From: Planctomycetales bacterium
GTDB taxonomy: Bacteria; 4484-113
DNA: 12,050 bases
NCBI GenBank assembly: GCA_037445915.1
Contig: JBBIJQ010000056.1
Span: forward strand, 1-12,050
Direction: 5' to 3'
The position numbers and the translations under genes are program-made. The notes below the pieces were generated by a model that saw only the letters and a program-made list of their open reading frames with translations, was not told the DNA's origin and did no database searches. This document shows positions 1 through 6,606 of this stretch, piece by piece. Positions within the stretch are counted from its first letter, which is position 1. Every line of letters begins with the position of its first letter.

Positions 1-350
1 GTCGGGGGAGGCGCACCGCCCGCACCAGGGGGAATTGGTCCACTAGCACCGGGGGGAATTGCTCCACCAGCACCGGGGGGGATTGGTCCACCCATTCCTG
101 GAGCGGCAATCTGCTGGCCGCCTGGGTCAGGACTCCCGCCTGGAGCACCAGGCATCGGCGGAGCTTGCGTCGGAGGGGGAGTTTCCGTAACCGGCGCGGA
201 CGCGGTCGTTGCAGGGGCTAGGCCAGAAGATGGGATATCGCCTGTGCTTATCCCGCCTGAAAGCAGCATATAAGCGCCATAAACGACTCCCAGCACGATG
301 ACCGCTACTAGGGCGATCATCAAGTTTTTATTCATAGGCTGATTCTGCAT
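1..350 (-). CDS. Membrane-anchored Pro/Gly-rich protein, 3' end beyond the window; positional PilP/PilW/GspC-like alignment-complex subunit
   Basis: Not in the ORF track because it runs off the edge. ATG at 350-348 (alternative ATG at 335), with GGTGGT 5 nt upstream, 18 nt after the pilO stop. The frame is open to position 1: MQNQPMNKNLMIALVAVIVLGVVYGAYMLLSGGISTGDIPSSGLAPATTASAPVTETPPPTQAPPMPGAPGGSPDPGGQQIAAPGMGGPIPPGAGGAIPPGASGPIPPGAGGAPPP. One N-terminal TM helix, no lipobox Cys. The CDS is well supported; the function is inferred from position only. Confidence 0.8.
   Translation of the reverse strand, partial: MQNQPMNKNLMIALVAVIVLGVVYGAYMLLSGGISTGDIPSSGLAPATTASAPVTETPPPTQAPPMPGAPGGSPDPGGQQIAAPGMGGPIPPGAGGAIPPGASGPIPPGAGGAPPP
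21..92 (-). repeat. 3 x 24-bp in-frame tandem repeat encoding GGPIPPGA / GGAIPPGA / SGPIPPGA
   Basis: + strand units: 21-44 cgcaccagggggaattggtccact, 45-68 agcaccggggggaattgctccacc, 69-92 agcaccgggggggattggtccacc. Confidence 0.9.
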
Positions 351-368
351 CAGATACCACCGTCCCAA

Positions 369-1181
369 TCAGAGCTTACGGTCTTTGGGCATTCCCGGAG
401 GCGCTTCGCCTGCGGTAGTGCCTTCAGGATTGATGAAATAAACAGTGAAAATCATTTCGTACTTCGAGACTGTGCGGAATCCGTACTGGTTGTCGTCTCC
501 GCCAGTGTTGCGGAAAGCATGCACCGTCACAAAATAAGTTGAGTCGGTCTGCAAGTCCTTGACGAACCTCTTCAACTCCTCATAGGTCATCGTAAACTCG
601 GTTAGCGTGATGGTGAGGGGTGAGAGGAACTCGGGCATCTTGGTGCTGACTGTTCCATCGCCGGTGCCCTCGCCGATATACTCCCATGCAAATAGGTCTA
701 TCGCATCGGTAAGCGGGGGGAGGGTTTCAATAGGCGAGGCCGCGTAGGAAACCTTGAAAACTATTTCAGGCTCAATTTCAACTGTCGCGGTGTAGATGCC
801 GTGGCTCATCAGCACGTCAAGGAACCACTGCTCAAAAAAGTTCATCAGGTCTTCCTGTCCCTTGAGGAAGTATTTCTGCTCCTGCTGAAGTTTCTTGGTC
901 ATAATGGACTTTATCTGCTCCGCCTTGGGAAGCATTTCCGCCTTCTTCTGGTAAACCTCGTTTTGGCGCTTCTGCGCTTCAATCTGGCCGTTTACCGTAT
1001 CAATCTCCGCCGTTTTGGCGATGTAGATTGATTTCCAGAAAAAACCGATTGAAGCCAGGATAATTATCACCAGCACGATGCCGACATTTAGCGGAGTAAA
1101 GATTGGCGCCGCCGGCTTGCGGTCCACCGGGGCCTTGCCTTTCGCCGCTGGCTGGCCGGCCTGCTTACGTGTTGAGGACAT
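369..1181 (-). CDS. pilO: PilO/GspM-like inner-membrane alignment protein (270 aa)
   Basis: Basic N-terminal tail, single TM (NVGIVLVIIILASIGFFW), coiled coil, and a ferredoxin-like C-terminus with the PilO pattern (PLTITL..MTYEELKRFVKDLQ..YFVTVHAF..YEMIFTVY). Lies directly downstream of the PilN moiety and has a strong SD. Confidence 0.72.
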   Translation of the reverse strand: MSSTRKQAGQPAAKGKAPVDRKPAAPIFTPLNVGIVLVIIILASIGFFWKSIYIAKTAEIDTVNGQIEAQKRQNEVYQKKAEMLPKAEQIKSIMTKKLQQEQKYFLKGQEDLMNFFEQWFLDVLMSHGIYTATVEIEPEIVFKVSYAASPIETLPPLTDAIDLFAWEYIGEGTGDGTVSTKMPEFLSPLTITLTEFTMTYEELKRFVKDLQTDSTYFVTVHAFRNTGGDDNQYGFRTVSKYEMIFTVYFINPEGTTAGEAPPGMPKDRKL

Positions 1182-3156
1182 CCTTGGTTACCTCCTCAAG
1201 GGCGCTGAGGCTCTCAATAGCTTTTGGTTGGTTGAGCGCCGTGTCTTCAAGTTTGGTCGTTATATCGAAGGAGAACTTTATAGGGCTTTGGAACATATCC
1301 TGGCGCTGGAAATAATCCTCAATGCTACGGCCGGCGCGGATGCCCAGGCGCGGCATCTCAAAATCCAGCGGCATGCTCTCGCGGAACTTTTCATTTGAAA
1401 GCGCCTTGGAGCTGTCCCATTTCAAGCCCTTCTGCGGCATGATGCTGCGGCTCGCATTGGGGTTGTCGGGAGGCGGGATGCTTGGCGCATAGGGGTTCCT
1501 CATATCAGCGGTCAGCCCCATTCCGGCTGAGCCGCCACCGCCGCCGCCTGCTCCGATGCCGCCGCCGCCGGTAGCCATGCTCTCCGTCTCTTCCTTAACC
1601 GTAGTGCCAGTGAAGAACTTGGAGTTATCCAGGCTGATTGCGAACTGCATGATATCAACGCGGTCAACAGCCACGCCCTTCATCTCGATTTCGTTGGCAG
1701 AGGCGTCAAAGCTGATTTCTTCCAAATAGCACGTGTCAGGGATACGGTTGCCGACCTCGCTCATTATCGCAGGCCACATCAGCTGTGCTTTGACCAGCGA
1801 GTATATCTGGCCAAACTGGGGTTTCTTGGTGGAGATTTCGCTCTTGACCTGCTCAAACTTATCCGCGTTGGGCTTCCACTTGCTCTGCTCCGCCTGAGCC
1901 GCCTGAAGGTTGTTCTTCACTTCAGAAAGCTTGGTATCCAGCATCTTGTTCTGGTAGAACATGAACGCGCCGATAATGAGGAGCAGCACTACGCCGATCT
2001 TCAAGACGTTGAGCGCTTGCGCCCGGACATAGTATGTGGAAGGCAGCAGGTTGAACTCAACCTTTCCTTTGCGGAAGTAGTCAACGCAGAGGCCTGCGGA
2101 AACTACAAACTTCTCAGCGTGCGCATGAAGCACGTCCAGCGCATACACGCCCTGCTGGTATTGCACCAGCGAAGACAGCGAGACTTCTGCAACCTCAAGG
2201 CCGGTCTCGCGCTCAAGGTAAGCGCCGAGGTTCTTGAAGTTGCGGGTATTGCCGAAAACCATCAGCTTGCCTACGCGGTCTGTGCGGGCAGCCTGGGATT
2301 CGTAATAGCGGATTGAGCGGACCAGCTCGGTGACGAAGCTGGCGAATACCGCCATGACTGCCTCGCGCAGGCGGTTGTCCTCGGTTTGGTCAATCTCTTC
2401 TTCATTAACCATGAGATCAACCGGCTCGGCACGGAGATATTCCTCCGCCTCGCCGACGCCAACGCCGAGAAGCTGCGCGATTTTGCCAATTATGGTGTTG
2501 TAGCCAAGCTCAACCGAGCGCGCCATGCGGAACGAGCCGTCAAGGAAGAACGACAGCTCAGAAATGCTGTCGCGGATATCAACAACACCGACGGACTGCG
2601 TGTAGCCTTCAAGCTTTGCGCCAAGCAGGTTCCATGCGGCGAGGCTCGTAATCTTGATTCCGTAAGTCTCAATCCCTGCAAGCTGCAACATTTCCACCAT
2701 TGATTGGATAGTGGAAGAGCGGGTGGCGACAAGCAGGATTTCCTGCATCGCCTGGTTGCCGCCCTTGCGCTGCGGGAGGACGCGGTAGTCGTAAACCGTG
2801 TCACCCGGCGGGAAGGGAACGTATTGGTTGATTTGCAGGTTAATAGCCTGGCGGGTTTGCGGGGCGCCCATGCGCGGGAGTTCAATCACGCGCACGATGG
2901 CGGCCTTGCCGGAAAGCGAGACTATTGCGCGCTTAGCAGAGATGCCGTTAGTCTCAAGTACGTCCTTGAGCCTGGCGCTTAGCCCGCGCGCGTCCGCAAT
3001 TCTGCCCGCAGCGAAAAACTGCGGGCTCAAGTCGGCGATTGCAAACCTCTCAAGCACGTAGTCGTTTCCGTGCTTATTAAGGGCTGTAACCCTTAACTCG
3101 TTAGAGGTCAGGTCAATACCGATGTCAACCGGTTTTCCAACTGTCTTCTTAGCCAT
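1165..3156 (-). CDS. pilM: PilM-PilN fusion protein (663 aa; GspL-like architecture)
   Basis: The N-terminal ~360 aa are a PilM actin-like domain (IGIDL; AIIVRVIELP; QYVPFP; VYDY; ILLVAT; ELVRSIRYY). It is followed in frame by the PilN N-terminal motif FNLLP (2041-2055, cf. INLLP), a TM helix, a coiled coil and a PilN domain (WPAIMSEVGNRIPDTCYLEEI..IEMKGVA..IMQFAISLDNSKFF). SD AGAGGG lies 4 nt upstream of the ATG. Confidence 0.9.
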   Translation of the reverse strand: MAKKTVGKPVDIGIDLTSNELRVTALNKHGNDYVLERFAIADLSPQFFAAGRIADARGLSARLKDVLETNGISAKRAIVSLSGKAAIVRVIELPRMGAPQTRQAINLQINQYVPFPPGDTVYDYRVLPQRKGGNQAMQEILLVATRSSTIQSMVEMLQLAGIETYGIKITSLAAWNLLGAKLEGYTQSVGVVDIRDSISELSFFLDGSFRMARSVELGYNTIIGKIAQLLGVGVGEAEEYLRAEPVDLMVNEEEIDQTEDNRLREAVMAVFASFVTELVRSIRYYESQAARTDRVGKLMVFGNTRNFKNLGAYLERETGLEVAEVSLSSLVQYQQGVYALDVLHAHAEKFVVSAGLCVDYFRKGKVEFNLLPSTYYVRAQALNVLKIGVVLLLIIGAFMFYQNKMLDTKLSEVKNNLQAAQAEQSKWKPNADKFEQVKSEISTKKPQFGQIYSLVKAQLMWPAIMSEVGNRIPDTCYLEEISFDASANEIEMKGVAVDRVDIMQFAISLDNSKFFTGTTVKEETESMATGGGGIGAGGGGGGSAGMGLTADMRNPYAPSIPPPDNPNASRSIMPQKGLKWDSSKALSNEKFRESMPLDFEMPRLGIRAGRSIEDYFQRQDMFQSPIKFSFDITTKLEDTALNQPKAIESLSALEEVTKDVLNT
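1190..1197 (-). promoter_or_regulatory. Shine-Dalgarno for pilO, embedded in the last codons of pilMN
   Basis: Minus strand GAGGAGGT-AACCAAGG-ATG (8-nt spacer). pilMN and pilO overlap by 17 nt (1165-1181), consistent with translational coupling. Confidence 0.85.
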
Positions 3157-3195
3157 AGGTCCCTCTTTTTGCGAGATCCTTACGCTTCTTTAGAC

Positions 3196-3239
3196 TACGG
3201 TGAGGCGGCTCTGGTTGCATTAAGAGCCGCCTTTCCGTA
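3196..3239 (-). terminator. Intergenic stem-loop between pilQ and pilMN (terminator, attenuator or mRNA-stabilising hairpin)
   Basis: Perfect 10-bp inverted repeat AGGCGGCTCT (3203-3212) / AGAGCCGCCT (3223-3232) with a 10-nt loop, extended by TACGG/CCGTA. No U-tract follows on the coding strand. Confidence 0.55.
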
Positions 3240-3254
3240 AACAATTTTCTGTTA

Positions 3255-6200
3255 CTACTTATCGTCCACCAGGTTGACTGTCAGCGTGACGAACACGTAG
3301 CTGTTGTCCTCCGACTTGTCGTGGTGCTGGAAGAACTGGCCGACGAACGGCAAGTCGCTCAGGAAGGGCACACCGAAAATCTGGTCTGATAAGCCCTTGG
3401 TTTGGAGGCCGCCGAGAAGCGCGGTGGAGCCGTCGGTCAGACGGAAGTAAGTTGTCAGCGTAGTGTCGGTGGTGGGCTGGAAGGTTGCGTTGCCGTCAGG
3501 CGAGACCTGCTGCGGGCCGTCAAAGTTGCTGATGGAGAGGTCAACATACATCGTCATTCTGCCGAGGTCGTCAATCGCCACCGTGAAGTTGATGTCGGTG
3601 CCTACAGTCACCTCGTCAAAGGTGGACTGGCGGATGGCGTTGCCGTTCTGGTCAAATGCGATGGTTTGGCGGAAGTTACCGCGAGTGCGGTCAACAACCA
3701 GGCTTCCCGGAAAACCGTCAATGACGCAGATTTCGCTCTCGGTGATTACCTTGGCTTTGCGCTCGGTCACCAGCGCGTCAAACGCCGCCGAGTAGTTTTG
3801 CTGGAGCGCAACCGCGCCCTTGGGCAAGATGCTCATCGTGAAGCTTCCAGCATCATAGCTGGTCTGGATGCGGTCCTGGCCGAACGGCGCGGACATCGTA
3901 GCGTTCAACATGCCGTAAACCTTCTGCGGGTTTTCGGTAACCTGGTAAACGGTGATCTTGACCGCAGCCTGTTTGGGGGGCTTGTCAATCTTGCGGATGA
4001 TGGACTGGACAACGTCCAATGTCTCGCGCGTGCCGCGCATGACGACGAGGCCGCTCTTCGCTGTCGGGAGGGGAAGGCCGCCGCCAGTTCCGCCGCCGCC
4101 TTGACCGATACCACCGCCGCCGCCACCCTGGCCGCCACCGCCGCCAGGAGCGCCGCCGCCACCAGGAGCGCCGCCGCCGCCGCCGGGGCCGGTCTGCATC
4201 GGCTGCATTTCATTGCCGAAGTAACCGGCTGACATTGCAGCGCTGGCGTCAAAGTACGGGTTCATCGCAGCGTTAAAGTTGCGGTTGTTGTTGCCGCCGC
4301 CCTGGTTGTTATTGTTGCCGCCGCCCTGGCCAAAGTTGCCGCCGCCGCCGGTATTGCGGTAAACATACCAGCCGACATTCACGGAAGGTAGCAAGTCAAG
4401 GTTGAAAAGGATCTCATAGAGCTGGCCTGGGTCAGCGTAGTGGAGCTGGTAGAAATCTATCTCGTTGGCATTCTGGATTTCCTGCTCCTTGCGCTCGCGG
4501 CTCGTGATGAGGATGACCGGCTTGGCATAGGGGTCTTTTTCATCGCGGTAAATAATTTTCTCAAACTGGTGCGTCTGAAGGATAATGTCCAGCGCAGTGT
4601 CCCATGGGACATTCTCAAAGTTGCCGATGACGCTTCCAGGCTCTGTTATAAGCGCGTTGAACTGCGCCGCATCGCGGAAGCCGATGGGGCTGCCGCCTTC
4701 GCCGAACTGGAGCGGTTCAAGGACGCGGCGGTTCGCGACGCCGCCGATGGGCGGGTCGGTTATGTAGGGGTCAATGATAATGGAGATGCCGGCTATCTGT
4801 GACATCAGGTTAAGCACCTGGAAGATGGAGAAGCCTGTCGCGGCGTTAAGGTTGACCATCACGTCGGAGAGCTTGCCTTCAAACTCCTCAAAGCCCGGCA
4901 TTTGGTAATCGCCGGCAATGTCGCCCTCAACGGGCATCTTCGGGTAGTCCTGGTCGGGGTCAAGCCCTTCAAAGACTTCGTCAACCGATACGTCAGCATC
5001 CTCGGCGGGCATTTCTTCCTCGTAAGCCTCATCGCCTTCAGGAAGCTCGCCCGTTACATTTCCAACAGGCCTGAGCTTCGGCTGCCGCTTGACGATTTGC
5101 ATAGGTGAGAGCTTAAGGTCAAAACTGCTGCCGTTTATCGAGCCGGTCTGCGCAAAGCCAAACGCAGCTTCGTTGGCCATGGTGACGACAATGCGGGTGA
5201 AGCTCTCATCGCCAGCCATCAGCTCCGAAACTGCGAGGTAGCGCACAACCGAATCATTCTTAAACAGGTAGCTGGTAACCGCCGCGGAAGGCGGAAGGTT
5301 AACAACGACATTGTAGCCACGCGGGAACTCAATCGGGACGACGTGGGCAGTAGTAGGCTCGGAAGTACGGATGGTTAGCGCCATTGTTCCCGGATCGTAG
5401 TTCACGTAGGTTACAGCGCCACTAGCTGCTGGTTTAGCTGGAACTGCAAACGAAGCAGCAGGCTTCTCCGCAGCTGGCGCTGGGGTCGCTGCGATTGGAG
5501 CAGGAGCGGGCGCAGGCGCTGCCGGGGTCTCCGGCTGCGGGAGCAGGATGTTGCCGGCTTCAGGGAAAGAAACCGTCAGCGTCTTGCCGTCCTCGCTGAG
5601 CTTCGCGTCATACTTGATATTCATCGAGTTGAGGAAGCTGACAACGACCCTTGACGTGCGGACATCCGCGTCAGCCGCTGTGTAGGTGCGGACATCGCGA
5701 ATTGCACCGATGTTCTTCGCAACCAGCGCGTCAACCGATGAGCCAAGCCTCGCATCGCGCAAGACTATTTCCAGCGCAGGCGGGAACTTGGATTCGGTTA
5801 AGCTGTAGTCCAGCTTATCATCCCCACGAATGGTCAGCGCTTTGTTGCCATGGTCAAACGAGACCGCTGAAACAAGCTTGCCGACTGGAAGGGCAGGCTT
5901 CTCCGGCGCAGGCGCGGGCGCGGGGGCAGGCGCAGCCTCTATTGCTTTAGCGGGAGACGCAGCAGCTGGCGCAGTGCCCTTGAGCATCTCAGCAGTTAAA
6001 GTTCCACGCTCGGATAGAGGGTAGAAAACCTCAAGCACTAAGAGCCCTGAACGCGGGCTGGTCCAGCGGTACGCGTCATCTCCAACTTTGCCTTTGACAT
6101 CGAGATAAACGACCAAGACGACTGTGTCGGTATCACCGGCAACCAGAACGTTCTTGACCAGCGAAGTTCCCTTGACCATCGGGCTGACAGCCGTCAGTTC

Positions 6201-6428
6201 CGATGCCGGGAATTGCGCCTCAATGCGCGTTGGATAGAGCTTTACGACCGATTCGGGCGATACGTCCTTGGACATCTGAAAGACGACCAAGTCCCGATCA
6301 GCCAGAGCCTTAACCTCAACGCCCGTGATTTGGTTCAGCTTAGCCGCGAAAACGCCTTGCGTAAAGATAACCGAAAGCGCGAGCGCGATTACCGTGGCTC
6401 CGGTAAGCTTCTTGTTCCAGTGCATCAC
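3255..6428 (-). CDS. pilQ: Type IV pilus/T2SS outer-membrane secretin, PilQ-like (1057 aa), with three AMIN-like domains
   Basis: Sec signal peptide (..FTQGVFA|AK). Three beta-rich AMIN-like repeats separated by Pro/Ala linkers. N0 domain (FQVLNLMSQIAGISIIID..FENVPWDTALDIIL), N3/Secretin_N domain (FYQLHYAD..LVVMRGTRETLDVVQSIIRKIDKPPKQ) and secretin signature (DGSTALLGGL..GVPFLSDLPFVGQFF). Start GTG 6428 or ATG 6425; tandem stops TAG TAA. Confidence 0.93.
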   Translation of the reverse strand: MMHWNKKLTGATVIALALSVIFTQGVFAAKLNQITGVEVKALADRDLVVFQMSKDVSPESVVKLYPTRIEAQFPASELTAVSPMVKGTSLVKNVLVAGDTDTVVLVVYLDVKGKVGDDAYRWTSPRSGLLVLEVFYPLSERGTLTAEMLKGTAPAAASPAKAIEAAPAPAPAPAPEKPALPVGKLVSAVSFDHGNKALTIRGDDKLDYSLTESKFPPALEIVLRDARLGSSVDALVAKNIGAIRDVRTYTAADADVRTSRVVVSFLNSMNIKYDAKLSEDGKTLTVSFPEAGNILLPQPETPAAPAPAPAPIAATPAPAAEKPAASFAVPAKPAASGAVTYVNYDPGTMALTIRTSEPTTAHVVPIEFPRGYNVVVNLPPSAAVTSYLFKNDSVVRYLAVSELMAGDESFTRIVVTMANEAAFGFAQTGSINGSSFDLKLSPMQIVKRQPKLRPVGNVTGELPEGDEAYEEEMPAEDADVSVDEVFEGLDPDQDYPKMPVEGDIAGDYQMPGFEEFEGKLSDVMVNLNAATGFSIFQVLNLMSQIAGISIIIDPYITDPPIGGVANRRVLEPLQFGEGGSPIGFRDAAQFNALITEPGSVIGNFENVPWDTALDIILQTHQFEKIIYRDEKDPYAKPVILITSRERKEQEIQNANEIDFYQLHYADPGQLYEILFNLDLLPSVNVGWYVYRNTGGGGNFGQGGGNNNNQGGGNNNRNFNAAMNPYFDASAAMSAGYFGNEMQPMQTGPGGGGGAPGGGGAPGGGGGQGGGGGGIGQGGGGTGGGLPLPTAKSGLVVMRGTRETLDVVQSIIRKIDKPPKQAAVKITVYQVTENPQKVYGMLNATMSAPFGQDRIQTSYDAGSFTMSILPKGAVALQQNYSAAFDALVTERKAKVITESEICVIDGFPGSLVVDRTRGNFRQTIAFDQNGNAIRQSTFDEVTVGTDINFTVAIDDLGRMTMYVDLSISNFDGPQQVSPDGNATFQPTTDTTLTTYFRLTDGSTALLGGLQTKGLSDQIFGVPFLSDLPFVGQFFQHHDKSEDNSYVFVTLTVNLVDDK
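4078..4350 (-). repeat. Gly/Asn/Gln low-complexity repeat region inside the secretin N3 domain
   Basis: (GCC)n runs. Direct repeats ccaggagcgccgccgcc at 4144-4160 and 4162-4178 (18-nt period, GGGGAP) and ttgttgccgccgccctgg at 4288-4305 and 4312-4329 (24-nt period, QGGGNNN). Confidence 0.9.
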
Positions 6429-6442
6429 GGAGGTGACCTCCT
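6429..6442 (-). promoter_or_regulatory. pilQ Shine-Dalgarno, followed by its own complement
   Basis: Minus strand AGGAGGT-CACCTCC-GTG ATG. The 7-nt spacer is the anti-SD sequence. Confidence 0.85.
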
Positions 6443-6514
6443 ACACAGGTTTAGATACTACAAATGCACCAATGCACCAGCCGGTGCCCCTTCCTTATAC
6501 CTGGATCCCCGATA

Positions 6515-6548
6515 CCTGGCGAAGTCCTCATAGGAGAACTTCCCCAAG
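6515..6548 (-). promoter_or_regulatory. 5'-terminal stem-loop of the predicted pilQ leader
   Basis: Minus strand CUUGG-G-GAAGUUCUC-CUAU-GAGGACUUC-G-CCAGG. The G-U wobbles form only on the minus strand. It begins 2-3 nt after the predicted +1. Confidence 0.6.
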
Positions 6549-6556
6549 ACTGAAGG

Positions 6557-6585
6557 ATTCTAGGAAGTAATGCCGCAGTTGTCAA
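6557..6585 (-). promoter_or_regulatory. Sigma70-type promoter for the pilQ-pilMN-pilO operon
   Basis: TTGACA (6585-6580), 17-nt spacer, TAGAAT (6562-6557). Predicted +1 at about 6551-6550. Confidence 0.85.
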
Positions 6586-6606
6586 GGAAGCCCTAAGTTA
6601 AGCAGC

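Noticed and set aside
21-92. CRISPR array or mobile-element repeats
   Set aside because: The units are contiguous, in-frame coding repeats without spacers. No cas or transposase genes are present in the window.
3192-3220. Internal promoter for pilMN (ATGCAA-17-TAGTCT)
   Set aside because: Only 3/6 matches at each box, too weak to call without TSS data.
1480-4270. Shared M(R)NPY motif next to Gly tracts in the PilN and PilQ inserts
   Set aside because: Too short to distinguish from coincidence without homologue alignments.
6460-6550. c-di-GMP-II riboswitch (GGGCAC...GUGCA resemblance; pilus genes are known targets)
   Set aside because: The spacing and the other conserved elements (5' GGAA, kink-turn GA pairs, 3' GUGCAACCG) do not match by eye. 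An Rfam scan would be needed.
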